A stretch of 64,000 bases of DNA from positions 1-64,000 of the forward strand of contig JAOZFH010000055.1 in the NCBI GenBank assembly GCA_027491415.1, given 5' to 3'. A program made the position numbers and the translations under genes. Origin of the DNA: Thermoproteota archaeon. GTDB lineage: Archaea; Korarchaeota; Korarchaeia; Korarchaeales; Korarchaeaceae. Positions 18,826-28,786 of this stretch are shown here, one piece after another. The notes below the pieces were generated by a model. It did not search any database and was not told where the DNA came from. It saw only the letters and a program-made list of their open reading frames with translations. Every line of letters starts with the position of its first letter. Positions within the stretch are counted from its first letter, which is position 1.

Positions 18826-20034
18826 TTGACGTTCAGGCGACTTCCAGAGAACCTGCGACGCTACGCCAAGTCGCTCGCCAGGGCGGCCGTAGCAATGAGC
18901 TTCGGCCTGGGCGACCTCCTGGCCGGAGGCGTCCTGGCGGCCAACCTCGAGGTAGTTAGATCCATCCCCTGGGCGGTCACGGTCTACCCCGGGATGCTGA
19001 GCGCCAGGGGGGCCGTCAACGGGGTCCTGTCTGGTAGGCTGAGCACCGGCCTCAACCTCGGCTCGATAAGGCCTTCGCTTCGAAGGAACACGGAGGAATT
19101 CTGGGCGACGATCTCGGCCGCGTTCGCCCTAACCCTCCTGGCCTCAAGCTCGCTCACCCTGACTCTAGGCTCTTCACTAATGCTGACGGGTTGGTACGAC
19201 TCACGCATCCTGGCGGACCTGCTGATCGTGATAACGGCGTCCATGGGAGTATCCCAGCTCATAATGGCCCCCGCGACCTCGCTGGCCTCCTTCGCATTCT
19301 TCAAGCTCGGGATCGACCCAGACTACGTCACATACCCCAGCATGAGCACCGTGGCGGACTTCGTGGTGAGCGCGGTGTACGTCGGGTTGCTGAGGGTCTT
19401 TCGCGCCGGCTGGCTCGGCAGGGTGGCCGTGCTGGCGCTCGCCCTCGGGTTCGCCGCCTCAACGGTCGCCCTTGCCTTTACTCAGAGGGGGAGTGAGGGT
19501 TTTCGGAGCGTCCTCAGGGAAGCGTCGATGTCCATCCTGGGGGTGTCCCTCATAGTGACCCTGACCGGGAACCTCCTGCTTCGGGTTGAACGAAGGATAG
19601 GAGAGGTCAGGTCCATCTACCTGGTCTACCCCGCCCTGCTCACGATGGTCGGGGATTTCGGTTCGATAGTGGGTTCGGTGGCCACCACGCGGCTGGCCCT
19701 GGGCACCGCCAGGGCCGGGGCGGGTATTCTCCTCGACGTTTCTCCTGAGGCGACCGGGGCCTGGACGGCGTGGTTCGTGGCCTCCCAGGCCTTCGGTCTG
19801 ATCGCGGCCGCATTTGGCGGAGGAGGCCGTTTCTTCTGGCTTGCAACAGTCCTGGGGGTGAGCGGGATCCTGTCCACCCTGGCCGTGACCGCCATAGCGC
19901 TCATCGTGGCAATCCTTACCTTCAGGATGGGTCTGGATCCCGACAACTTCGTTAACCCCATAGAGAGCTCGCTCGCCGACGTGGTCACGACCGGGTCGCT
20001 GCTGCTGGCCCTGACCCTCCTGCCGCCGGCGTGA
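18826..20034 (+). CDS. MgtE/SLC41-type divalent cation transporter (two membrane repeats)
   Basis: Repeated motifs GIDPDYVTYPSMSTVAD and GLDPDNFVNPIESSLAD, plus RLSTGL and RLALG. Confidence 0.8.
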   Translation: MTFRRLPENLRRYAKSLARAAVAMSFGLGDLLAGGVLAANLEVVRSIPWAVTVYPGMLSARGAVNGVLSGRLSTGLNLGSIRPSLRRNTEEFWATISAAFALTLLASSSLTLTLGSSLMLTGWYDSRILADLLIVITASMGVSQLIMAPATSLASFAFFKLGIDPDYVTYPSMSTVADFVVSAVYVGLLRVFRAGWLGRVAVLALALGFAASTVALAFTQRGSEGFRSVLREASMSILGVSLIVTLTGNLLLRVERRIGEVRSIYLVYPALLTMVGDFGSIVGSVATTRLALGTARAGAGILLDVSPEATGAWTAWFVASQAFGLIAAAFGGGGRFFWLATVLGVSGILSTLAVTAIALIVAILTFRMGLDPDNFVNPIESSLADVVTTGSLLLALTLLPPA

Positions 20035-20072
20035 GGAAGGCTTATATTTGTTATACCGTTATACGCTATACG

Positions 20073-20591
20073 ATGGTGGAGGAGGACCGGGGCTGGGAGG
20101 AGTTCGAGAGGCGCATGGAGGAGCTCAGCCGCAAGCTCGAGCGGCTCTCAGAGGTCATAGAGGAGAGCTTGGCCAAGAGCCTCTCCAGGGCCGTGAGGAA
20201 GACCGCCAGGATGTCCATAACCACTCCTGGGGCCACCGTGGAGATGAGGGCGGGTCCGGAGGGGGTGGTGGTCAGGAGGCCCATCCCCATCAGGGGGCTC
20301 GACAGGAGGCTGTACGAGAGGATAAGGGATCTGGCCGCGGAGGAGGGCAGGACTGTCGGGCAGGTGATGAATGAGGCCATGAGGTTTTACCTGACCCACC
20401 TCGACCTCGTCGAGCTCGAGAGGGAGAGGGAGCGCATCCTGGAGAGGCTCAGGGAGATTAGCGCTCCGGGAACCCTCGAGGACGAAGAGGTCAGGGGGAT
20501 CCTGAAGAAGGAGTACCTCGAGATGCTGAGCGAGGTTAAGGGGCGGATTGCTGAGCTGAAGTCCAAGCAGGGAGGTCAGGGTGAGGCGTAA
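20073..20591 (+). CDS. Coiled-coil protein with RHH-like domain
   Basis: IRGLDRRLYERIRDLAAEEGRTVGQVMNEAMRFYL. ATG at 20073 lies about 25 nt after TTATAT. Confidence 0.65.
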   Translation: MVEEDRGWEEFERRMEELSRKLERLSEVIEESLAKSLSRAVRKTARMSITTPGATVEMRAGPEGVVVRRPIPIRGLDRRLYERIRDLAAEEGRTVGQVMNEAMRFYLTHLDLVELERERERILERLREISAPGTLEDEEVRGILKKEYLEMLSEVKGRIAELKSKQGGQGEA

Positions 20592-20691
20592 CCCCCGGGC
20601 GCCCAGCCCCTCCCGGGTAGGCCGCGGGAGAGGTCGATTCCCCCGCGGGTAGAACTATTTTACCACCGCTCGGAGCGGTCCCCCGATCCGA

Positions 20692-21549
20692 ATGGGGGCC
20701 ACCTCCAGCTACACCAGGCTGCTGAAGCTCAAGCAGACGTCCCTGCTGGTGTTTTCAGGGCTCGTGCCCATGATAGTCGCCGGATCAGGGGCAGTTGGTC
20801 TCCGCGAGGCGATCCTCTACGTCCTGGGCGTGGGCGCGGCTGTGGCCGGCACGACGGCCGTCAACATGTACTTCGACCGGGACATAGACGCCGCCATGAG
20901 GAGGACCTCAAACAGGCCGCTCCCCAAGGGCGAGATAGACCCGCCCCACAAGGCTGTGATCCTTGGGGTGGCCCTCTTCGCACTGGGGATCATGGTCTCG
21001 CTCCAGCTCAACGCCCTCGTGGCGGGCGTGGTGGCGCTGGGCTTCGCGTTCGACATCTTCGTCTACACCCTGGCCACGAAGAGGAGGACCCCCTGGTCCG
21101 TCGTCTTCGGCGGCGTCGCCGGCGCGGCCCCGGCGCTTGCCGGCTGGGCTGCGGCAACCGGCGCGCTGGGCCTGGGCGGCCTTCTGTTCGCGGCGCTGGT
21201 CATGCTGTGGATCCCGGAGCACATCTGGACCCTCGCCACATACTACGCGGACGACTACGCCAGGGCCGGCGTGCCCATGCTGCCGGTGGTCTGGGGGCCG
21301 AGGAGGTCTGCCTCAGCCACCTTCGCCTGCGCCGCCGGCACCGCGGCGCTGGCGCTCTACCTGGGACTCGTTGCCGGGCTGGGCTGGGCCTACGAGCTCG
21401 TGGTGGCGATCGCGTCCGCGATCCTGCTCTGGGCGACCGGGTCCTTCGCCATGAAATCCTCGCCCGAGTCGGCCCTGAGGGCCTTCAAGGTGGCCAACTC
21501 CTACCTGGGTATCGTCCTCCTGGCGGCCCTGGCGGCGTCGATCCTCTGA
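20692..21549 (+). CDS. cyoE: Protoheme IX farnesyltransferase (heme O synthase)
   Basis: NMYFDRDIDAAMRRTSNRPLP, WIPEHIWTLA, DYARAGVPMLPV. Confidence 0.92.
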   Translation: MGATSSYTRLLKLKQTSLLVFSGLVPMIVAGSGAVGLREAILYVLGVGAAVAGTTAVNMYFDRDIDAAMRRTSNRPLPKGEIDPPHKAVILGVALFALGIMVSLQLNALVAGVVALGFAFDIFVYTLATKRRTPWSVVFGGVAGAAPALAGWAAATGALGLGGLLFAALVMLWIPEHIWTLATYYADDYARAGVPMLPVVWGPRRSASATFACAAGTAALALYLGLVAGLGWAYELVVAIASAILLWATGSFAMKSSPESALRAFKVANSYLGIVLLAALAASIL

Positions 21550-21561
21550 CCCTAGGCGCGC

Positions 21562-22404
21562 TCACCTGTAGACTATCCACTCGGGCCTCTTCTCGTCGGC
21601 CCGGACGGCCGCCTCCAGCGCCACCCTAATCAGGCCCTCCTGCGGGGGCTTCTCGAACTGGGTCTCCTCCTCGGCGCCCTTGACGGGTGAGACCGACAGG
21701 AACACGCCGCCGACCCTCACCCTGTGCGGGATGCCTGCTTCGGCCAGCCTGGCGTTGTACTGCGCGGCCACCGCGATGATCGCGCCCAGCTCCATCTCCG
21801 TGATCAGGACACCCATCCTCCTGAGGTACTCTAGGTACCTCTCCGCCTCCCATGGCTTCGCAGCTACCGGAGCCTCCTCGACCTCGTACAGGGCGTCCTT
21901 CGCGTGCGTCACGCCCACGTGGAGGTTCTCGCCTGGGACGTACCCGAGGTCGACGGCCGCCTCCACCAGGGCCTCGGTCACCCCCGGGTCGGTGAAGAGT
22001 GGGAACCTCTCCCCGACGACCTTCGGCGTGACGCCGTCCTGGGCCACGACCCCGGTGGACACCACCAGGTCACCGACACCCACCCACGGCTGGAGCGATC
22101 CGCAGGTCCCCGGCCTTATGAGCACGGCGTCTCCTGCGGAGAGGTCTAGGGCCTCCAGGATCTCCCTCGTCACTATAGCGGCGGAGGATGGTCCTATCCC
22201 CGTGTCCACGGCCGACACGGGAACCCCCCGGTAATCTCCCGTGACGAGGAGGAACCTCCCGTCGTGCACGACCCTCGCTTCGCTCAGAAGCTCGGCGATC
22301 TTCTTGACCCGGACCCTTGAGCCGGGCATGAGCACCCTGGCGGCTACGTCGCCCTCCCGCGCCCCTACGTGGTAGAGCCTCCCCTGCTCGTCCCTGAAGA
22401 CCAT
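21562..22404 (-). CDS. Nucleoside phosphorylase (uridine phosphorylase-like)
   Basis: YHVG, PGSRVRV, GIGPSSAAI, IRPGTCGSL, EME. ATG at 22404 lies about 25 nt from TTTAAA. Confidence 0.85.
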   Translation of the reverse strand: MVFRDEQGRLYHVGAREGDVAARVLMPGSRVRVKKIAELLSEARVVHDGRFLLVTGDYRGVPVSAVDTGIGPSSAAIVTREILEALDLSAGDAVLIRPGTCGSLQPWVGVGDLVVSTGVVAQDGVTPKVVGERFPLFTDPGVTEALVEAAVDLGYVPGENLHVGVTHAKDALYEVEEAPVAAKPWEAERYLEYLRRMGVLITEMELGAIIAVAAQYNARLAEAGIPHRVRVGGVFLSVSPVKGAEEETQFEKPPQEGLIRVALEAAVRADEKRPEWIVYR

Positions 22405-22803
22405 ACTCCCATCGGCCGTGCTATTCATTTAAAGTAGGGATCTCGGGCGGCCCAGGCCGAGCTAGGGCTGGGAGGGGGCGCCAGTAGACGGGGGGATTCG
22501 CTGCCAGAGTCATCAAAAGAGGACTTGAGGCGGCCTGCGGCCAGATGCTAATTCCGACTCTCTCCGAACTTCTCGGCCCACCCTCCGGCAGCGCGCCTGG
22601 TGATCTCCAGGTTGCAGATCCCGTGCTCCCTGCACCACCTCTCGCACACCCGTGAGCTCCTCGGCAGACCAGCCCATAAGGGACGCGTAGAGTCTCTGAA
22701 TGCGAGGTTGACGTTTCCCCTGGAGCGATAGAAGTCGCCCGCGCGGCCGGTGGCCGCCGACGCCGACAAAGAGGGCCCGGCGCCCGGCGATCCAGTCTCC
22801 CGT

Positions 22804-22834
22804 GATAACACTAATACGGTAGTTTTGTGTTATC
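22804..22834. promoter_or_regulatory. Perfect 8-bp inverted repeat (candidate operator)
   Basis: GATAACAC-N15-GTGTTATC ends 1 nt before ATG 22836. Confidence 0.5.
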
Positions 22835-22835
22835 G

Positions 22836-24245
22836 ATGCATGTGAGGCCTAGGGTAGTGGCGGCGCTGGCACTGGTCGCACTGCTCGCCGCGGCGGCCTC
22901 AGCCCTGTGGCTCGTCAGGGAGGGCGGGAACTCGGAGCACCAGGAAGAAGGGGTCGTCCTCCACATCTTGACGAGGCACGACGCCACCACGCTCATGATA
23001 GCGAGGGAGGCCTTCCTCAGCTCCACCTTCGCGAGGGAGGCGGGCGTGACGGACGTGGTGTTCATCAAGCCCAACCCGGCCCTCTGGAAGGACACCATAG
23101 ACCGCCTCGGCTACCTGGACGTGGCCTGGGGGGGCGGGCCGACGGCCCACAACATCCTCGCAGACGACGGCTACCTCCTCCCCATAGAGGACGAGGTCGT
23201 GCTCACCGAGGCCTCCTCAATCCCCGACAGCGTTGGAGGGATGCCCCTCAAGAGGTTCGACTCCCGAGGCCGTCTCCTCTGGGTAGCGACTTCCATGTCC
23301 TCCTTCGGGATAATTGTGAACGAGCCCATGCTGGAGGAGTACGGCCTGCCCTCGCCGAGGCTATGGGAGGACCTGGCCAGCCCAGAGCTGGCAAAGCTGC
23401 TCCCAAAACCCGCCGTGGCATTCTCGAGGTCCACCCAGTCGGGCTCTCACACGAGGATCTACCAGATAATCCTGCAGAAGTTCGGCTGGGATCGGGGCTG
23501 GGTCGTGCTGACGGGCATAGCCGCAAACGGCAGGCCCTACGGCGGGTCGGTGGAGGCCCTCTCGGCGCTCGAGGCGGGCGAGGTGCCGATAGCCATCGGT
23601 ATAGACTTCTACGGATACACGGCCCAGATCGAGAGGCCGGGCGTGAGGTACGTGGTGCCCTACAACGAGTCCATCGTGGGCGGTGATCCCGTGTCCCTGC
23701 TGAGGACCTGCCGGAACAGGGAGGCCGCGCTGGCGTTCATCCGCTGGATACTCTCAGTGGATGGTCAGAAGATCTGGCTCGACCGCAGGGTCAACAGGCT
23801 GCCGGTCAGGACCGAGGTCTTCGACACGCCCGAGGGTCGTGAGAGGCCCGACCTCAAGGCTGCGCAGGAGATGATCCTTGGCAACGTGGGGATCAGGTTT
23901 AACGAGACCAGGGCTAGGGCCACCTACTTCGCGACCGCCTACTACTTCGACGCCGTCCTCTGCGACCCGCACGACGCCCTCGTCTCGGCGTGGTCTGCGA
24001 TGGTGAAGGCCTTGGGGTCCGGGAGGATAAGCCGGGAGGAGTTCGAGGAGCTGTGGTGGGAGCTGGGCAGGCCGATCAGCTGGGAGGAGAACGGCACCGT
24101 CCTCACGTTCACAGAGGAGTACGCCGCCTCCGTGAACCGGAGGATGAGGGACGACCCCACCTTCGCGTCAAAGATGACTTCGATATGGAGGGAGGCCGCA
24201 CAGAGAAGGTACGAGGAGATCGCGGCCAGGCTGTCGGGGGGGTAA
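22836..24245 (+). CDS. ABC transporter substrate-binding protein (Fe3+/AfuA-like class)
   Basis: N-terminal TM, ILTRHD, DVAWGGG, WEDLA, SGSHTRIY, GIDFYG, FIRWILSVDGQ. Confidence 0.85.
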   Translation: MHVRPRVVAALALVALLAAAASALWLVREGGNSEHQEEGVVLHILTRHDATTLMIAREAFLSSTFAREAGVTDVVFIKPNPALWKDTIDRLGYLDVAWGGGPTAHNILADDGYLLPIEDEVVLTEASSIPDSVGGMPLKRFDSRGRLLWVATSMSSFGIIVNEPMLEEYGLPSPRLWEDLASPELAKLLPKPAVAFSRSTQSGSHTRIYQIILQKFGWDRGWVVLTGIAANGRPYGGSVEALSALEAGEVPIAIGIDFYGYTAQIERPGVRYVVPYNESIVGGDPVSLLRTCRNREAALAFIRWILSVDGQKIWLDRRVNRLPVRTEVFDTPEGRERPDLKAAQEMILGNVGIRFNETRARATYFATAYYFDAVLCDPHDALVSAWSAMVKALGSGRISREEFEELWWELGRPISWEENGTVLTFTEEYAASVNRRMRDDPTFASKMTSIWREAAQRRYEEIAARLSGG

Positions 24246-24274
24246 CCCCACGGCCGCGGGGATGAGGGTGGAGC

Positions 24275-24697
24275 TCAGTCGGAAAGCGTTCTCAGTAGGT
24301 CGCTCGCCCTCAGGGCGAGCCCGGGGAACTTCCTCAGCAGCTCGCCGTCGTACGTGACCAGCCTCCCACCCAGGGTCCTGGCCAGGGATACGTACAGGGC
24401 GTCGTACAGGGTTACTCCCTCCTCAAAGGCCAGCCCCACGGCCTCGCCGAGGATCTCGAGGTCGCCCTCCAACTTCAGGCGGAGGGACCTAACAGCATCC
24501 ACCGCCTTGAGGACATCCGTCGGGCCTATACCGCTCGCGTACCTCAGGGCGTTTGCCAGCTCCACGAGCAGGAACTCGGGGGAGTGGAGTTCGAGTCTGC
24601 CCGAGAAGTACTGGTTGAGCAGCTCTCTCATTTCCTCGGACTCCTCCTCCCTTACGAACCACTTCAGGGCGGCGCTGGCGTCCAAGACCACCCTCAC
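24275..24697 (-). CDS. vapC: PIN-domain toxin (VapC family)
   Basis: VVLDASAALKWF, E-LAN, TLYDALYV, LVTYD. GTG at 24697 overlaps the antitoxin TGA (GTGA). Confidence 0.9.
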   Translation of the reverse strand: MRVVLDASAALKWFVREEESEEMRELLNQYFSGRLELHSPEFLLVELANALRYASGIGPTDVLKAVDAVRSLRLKLEGDLEILGEAVGLAFEEGVTLYDALYVSLARTLGGRLVTYDGELLRKFPGLALRASDLLRTLSD

Positions 24698-24939
24698 GGC
24701 GCCCTCGCTCCCGAGCGGCCGTTTCTGTGCTCCCTTATCACCAGACTGCCGGGCCTCGGTAGCTTGGCCCTTGACGAGATGTCCCTCATCACTCCGAGGG
24801 CCCACCGGATCTCCTCCTCCCTCACCCTCCTCTCAATAGCCTCCCTTATGACCTCACTCGCGTTTATCCCGTACCTCTTCATCTTTTCCCAGAGGTCCCG
24901 CCTGATCTTCGCGGAGACCGTCACGTAGGTAGCCATCAT
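24694..24939 (-). CDS. RHH-type antitoxin (VapB/CcdA-like)
   Basis: VTVSAKIRRDLWEKMKRYGINASEVIREAIE, coupled to the PIN gene. Confidence 0.85.
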   Translation of the reverse strand: MMATYVTVSAKIRRDLWEKMKRYGINASEVIREAIERRVREEEIRWALGVMRDISSRAKLPRPGSLVIREHRNGRSGARAP

Positions 24940-24942
24940 CTT

Positions 24943-24978
24943 TGACTACATTACTGGTAGTAATTAAGGTGTAGATCA
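24943..24978. promoter_or_regulatory. Nested inverted repeats in TA promoter
   Basis: ATTACT-GGT-AGTAAT (24950-24964) inside TGACTACA...TGTAGATCA. Confidence 0.45.
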
Positions 24979-25055
24979 AGAGCTGGATCGCCCGCAGCCC
25001 GCGGCGGGCCGACTCCGACGGGATGATTTTAGTTTCCCGGGCCGCCTCGCCCTCG

Positions 25056-25733
25056 ATGAGCCACGACACCAGCTCCGACCCGAGGATTGTGGTCGCCGAG
25101 ATAGCCGTGGCCGGTCTGGCCAAGCACCTTCCCCAGCTGCCCAGGCAGTGCCAGAGGGAACTCCAGCCCGTCGTCGGCCCCCTGCGCCAGCACGTCGCGA
25201 CCCTGCGATACTCCTTCCTCCCCCCCGGGCAGGCGGCTGAGCAGGGCCTCCTGGACCCCATCGAGTCGGCCGGCGCCAGCCTGTTGAGGAGTTGGGACGA
25301 ACTCTCGAAGCTGCAGAAGCCGTATGAGAGGATGGCGGCCAGCTGGGTCAGGTTCGCTGGCATCACGCTGGCTGGGCTGAAGAGGAGGCTTCTCGAGGGG
25401 GAGCCTAGGTTCGCACACTCGATCGAGGCGGCCTGGGGGAGCGTCGCCCACGTCGAGCCCATAGCGGAGAGGCTCTGGAAGCTCAAGATCGACGCGGGCA
25501 GGCTGGGGAAGTTCAACGTCGTCACGAACCTCCCCGGCGTCTCCAGCGGCGACGTGAGGGCCTTCGCCGCGCTCCCTCCCAGGAGGATAGGGGGTGAGAT
25601 CAGCCAGGGGATGCTGATCGAGGCCGAGGGGGAGGGCGAGCCGGGCTCCTCGGCCGTGCCGGTCGGCAGGTCCGAGGGGGAGGTGGAGGCCGCCCTCAGA
25701 GAGGCCGCCAAGGAGCTCGGGGTCAGGGTATAG
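25056..25733 (+). CDS. Archaeal tRNA/RNA-binding protein with C-terminal EMAP/OB domain
   Basis: N-terminal DTSSDPRI, and VVTNL...ALPPRRIGGEISQGML typical of tRNA-binding OB folds. Confidence 0.75.
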   Translation: MSHDTSSDPRIVVAEIAVAGLAKHLPQLPRQCQRELQPVVGPLRQHVATLRYSFLPPGQAAEQGLLDPIESAGASLLRSWDELSKLQKPYERMAASWVRFAGITLAGLKRRLLEGEPRFAHSIEAAWGSVAHVEPIAERLWKLKIDAGRLGKFNVVTNLPGVSSGDVRAFAALPPRRIGGEISQGMLIEAEGEGEPGSSAVPVGRSEGEVEAALREAAKELGVRV

Positions 25734-25751
25734 GCCTCAAGCCGATGAAGC

Positions 25752-26990
25752 TCACTCCAGGAGGTCGGTGAGCCTAGTCTGGCCCCTGAACTCCCTCAGC
25801 ATCCTGCTCTTAGCCAGGAGACCGCGTAAGTTGAACCTGACCTCGGAGGCCAGCCTCGAGAGGGCCCCCTCGAGCTCGTCGAACTCCTCTGGCCTGGACC
25901 TCAGGGCGACCCGGATCGATTCTCTGATCTGCCAGCTCCCCACCGGCGCGAAGTAGCCCGGCCCTATCTCCCTGATGGCCAGCACTGAAGCCTGGCGCCT
26001 GAGCTCGTGGACGAGGTGCTCCAGTATCGGGAGCCTCATGGCGTAGTGCCCGCCGTCCATCACCGGGAACCCCCTGTCCAAGGTCCCCTCGTAGTTCGTG
26101 ACGACCCTCGCCCTGTCGCCCGTCCAGATGCTCCCGGGGAGCCAGGCCTCGACCACCTCGAGCCTGTACGGGCCCGGAAGTATGAGGACCCAGTAGCGGT
26201 TGTCGGAGAAGCTCGACCTGTGGAGCCTGACCCTGCCAGAGTACTCGGGGAGCCCGAGGGCCCTCCTCTTGAGCTCGAGCCCCACCGTAGAGTCGACGGC
26301 GGTGATTGCCCACCTGGTCGGGACGAGGCGCCTCCTCCCCTCCGCCCCCAGCAGGGCGAGGCTCAGGAGCCTGGTGGAGTGGTAGACGTCCACGCCCGAG
26401 TCGTAGAGCTCTACCAGGAGTTCTGAGGCCCGGGCGTCCCTGTCGGAGACGGCCCTCTCCACCGGCGTGGGGACGCGGGGCTCGGCCTCCAGCTCAACCC
26501 TCTCGGCCTCGGCCACCGGGCCGAGGGGGGCCAGTACGCCGTCGAAGTCCAGCCTGGGCCTGGGCGGCTTGAGGAGCCTGGCCTCCATGGGCAGGGGCTT
26601 AGATGACATCGCGGCCAGCTGAATCGGCTCGAGCGCCCTCTCGTCAAGTCTCCTTGCGTTGACCCTTAGAGAGGCCGCTAGCAGGCCCGCCCTGACCCTT
26701 ATCACGTCGTCGAGCCCCCACCCGATCCACTCCCTCGGAGCATCGGCCCGGGAGGCGGTCTCGAGATCGTGGGCCATCATCGGGGCCACCCTGACGCGGG
26801 GGTAGGCCCACTCCCCGACAAGCACGGACGGCGGGGTGCCGCCCTCGAGAGTCCGGGCGTCCACCAGCCTGGGGAGCGGCAGGGTCCTCTGCGCGCGGAG
26901 CCTCTCCAGTATGGGGCACCGCTCGAGGCCGCAGAGCCTCTTGACCCCCTTACATTTCACGCAGAGGTCTCGAGAGATCCGCTTGGGCAA
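25752..26990 (-). CDS. nreA: Nre DNA repair protein (PCNA-interacting)
   Basis: LCVKCKG...LCGLERCPI, PPSVLVGE, RRLVPTRWAITAVD, APVGSWQIRE, C-terminal PIP-like QTRLTDLL. Confidence 0.92.
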   Translation of the reverse strand: MPKRISRDLCVKCKGVKRLCGLERCPILERLRAQRTLPLPRLVDARTLEGGTPPSVLVGEWAYPRVRVAPMMAHDLETASRADAPREWIGWGLDDVIRVRAGLLAASLRVNARRLDERALEPIQLAAMSSKPLPMEARLLKPPRPRLDFDGVLAPLGPVAEAERVELEAEPRVPTPVERAVSDRDARASELLVELYDSGVDVYHSTRLLSLALLGAEGRRRLVPTRWAITAVDSTVGLELKRRALGLPEYSGRVRLHRSSFSDNRYWVLILPGPYRLEVVEAWLPGSIWTGDRARVVTNYEGTLDRGFPVMDGGHYAMRLPILEHLVHELRRQASVLAIREIGPGYFAPVGSWQIRESIRVALRSRPEEFDELEGALSRLASEVRFNLRGLLAKSRMLREFRGQTRLTDLLE

Positions 26991-27099
26991 GGCCCCACAT
27001 CCCCTCGCGTCTCACGGATCACGCCGACGGGGGGATATCAATGTCTCACCCCTGTCAAGTTGCGAAGAGAAGAGGGGGGGTGGAGGGTGGAGGAGAGGA

Positions 27100-28101
27100 T
27101 CAGGACAGCGGCCTCCGGGGGATCAGGTCAACGACCGTGAGGAGCCCGGGATCTGCGCCCAGCAGCGTGGGTATCATGTTGAGTATGGATCCCACGGTGC
27201 CCCAGTCTCCCTGCACACCCGGCCTTATGGTTGCGTGCACCGGGGGCCTGCCCTTGACCAGGAACTCGTCGCGCTCGTCCTCGGCCCCCACGTAGGCCTC
27301 CAAGAGGAGGTCTATTCTCCTGCCGCCCTCGGACTCCAGTCTGAGGGTCTGCCTGACCCCCGCCACCATGCCGGGCTCAACCTTGACGTAGTCGGTCGCG
27401 ACCTCCCTCTCGGCTGTGACGGGCTCCACCGGAGAGACTTCCATACCCAAGGGCCTCCAGCCGAGGGCTTCGGCTAGCAAGTAGGCCGACTGCTCGAGGC
27501 CCACGTGGGCCGTGATCCTCCCCGTGCTCACGGCGTCCCTGAAATCCTCTGGAGTCATACCGGCCCCTATCTTCCTCTGGAACGGCTCCCTCCTCTTGGA
27601 GGCGTCCACCACCCTCCTGACCTCCACCCCCTCGACCTTGGTGCACGGGAGGGTGAGGATCGCCGGGAGCAGGTCCATCATGAAGCCGGGGTTGACGCCA
27701 GCCCCCAGGACGGACACGCCGGCCCACCTCGCGGCGTCGTCAAGCAGGCGCGCGGCCGCCGGGTCAACTATCCAAGGATAGGCCAGCTCCTCGCAGGTCG
27801 AGATGACGTCGGACCCGAAGCCGACCGAGGTGAGCAGGGTGTCGAAGATGTCTCCCAGCCGGGAGGAGGTCGTCACGATCACGACGTCGGGAACGGACTC
27901 GACGAGGGCCACCTCCAGGTCATCCTCGACCTCCAGGCCCAGCTCCTCCTCGAGGCCGACCACCTCTCCCAGGTCCCTCCCCACCTTACCTGGGGCCACG
28001 TCCACGGCCGCGACCAGGTCGATCCACGGATAGTCCTCCAGTATGGCCCGGACGACCATGGAGCCTATGGCCCCGACTCCGACCAAGGCTGCGTCGATCA
28101 T
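27100..28101 (-). CDS. DapB-like / 2,4-diaminopentanoate dehydrogenase-family oxidoreductase
   Basis: GVGAIG Rossmann motif, ISTCEELAYP, GVNPGFMMD, HVGLEQS, GDWGT. Confidence 0.8.
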   Translation of the reverse strand: MIDAALVGVGAIGSMVVRAILEDYPWIDLVAAVDVAPGKVGRDLGEVVGLEEELGLEVEDDLEVALVESVPDVVIVTTSSRLGDIFDTLLTSVGFGSDVISTCEELAYPWIVDPAAARLLDDAARWAGVSVLGAGVNPGFMMDLLPAILTLPCTKVEGVEVRRVVDASKRREPFQRKIGAGMTPEDFRDAVSTGRITAHVGLEQSAYLLAEALGWRPLGMEVSPVEPVTAEREVATDYVKVEPGMVAGVRQTLRLESEGGRRIDLLLEAYVGAEDERDEFLVKGRPPVHATIRPGVQGDWGTVGSILNMIPTLLGADPGLLTVVDLIPRRPLS

Positions 28102-28453
28102 GACTGGCACCGCGCCCCTCGGGGGCGGCACCTGTTAAAGACCTCGAGTCAGATGTTGTTGAGAAGCCGCCTCGGCCCCCGACGCTGAGGCCATCCGAGT
28201 CGATTCAGGCTTCCCATCACCCGGCTCCCCTCCGGGATCCTTTCACGGTCTCAAGGCTCCCTTGAAACTGCTGCGACGACGTCAGCGGCAGAGAGGACCA
28301 CCTCGCGCCGTCATCCTGAGTTCCGCTTGCCAGGGCGGGTTGGGCTGCAGGCGCGCCGGCCCTCATGGGGGTGGAGCGCGGCCTCCCAGGCTGAGGCGTA
28401 CTCCTTCGCGCCACTACCGAACCCGGGCCGATCTCGTCTACAGCCCGTTGCTC

Positions 28454-28786
28454 TCAGCCCTCGCCTATCTCGATCCCCTCCTCGAGCGCTACCGCTACCA
28501 CCCCGATCTCGCGGGCCTTTCTCCTCAGCTCCTCTGGCGTGTAGCACAGCAGCTCGAAGTCCCCGTACACACCCCTCCTGTACAGCTCCTTCAGGATAAC
28601 CGCGGCCCTCCTCGAGAAGGGCATTCCCTGAAATCTGGGGGATACCACTATCAGGTCGTAGTCCGAGTCAAGGAGGTGATCTCCCCTCGCCCTGCTGCCG
28701 AAGAGTATAACCCTGGCCTTCGGGTCCCACGAGCGTATGGCCTCTAAGGCCCTCCTCAGGAGGTCACTCCCAGCAGCTCCCCGCAC
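28454..28786 (-). CDS. Minimal nucleotidyltransferase (MNT)
   Basis: VILFGSRARGD...SDYDLIVV. Confidence 0.88.
   Translation of the reverse strand: MRGAAGSDLLRRALEAIRSWDPKARVILFGSRARGDHLLDSDYDLIVVSPRFQGMPFSRRAAVILKELYRRGVYGDFELLCYTPEELRRKAREIGVVAVALEEGIEIGEG

Noticed and set aside
22440-22811. Possible ncRNA or 87-aa ORF in the spacer between the phosphorylase and SBP genes
   Set aside because: There is a TGATGA box on the minus strand but no well-placed CTGA D box, no tRNA, SRP or RNase P hallmarks, and the ORF has no recognisable motif. A covariance-model search is needed.
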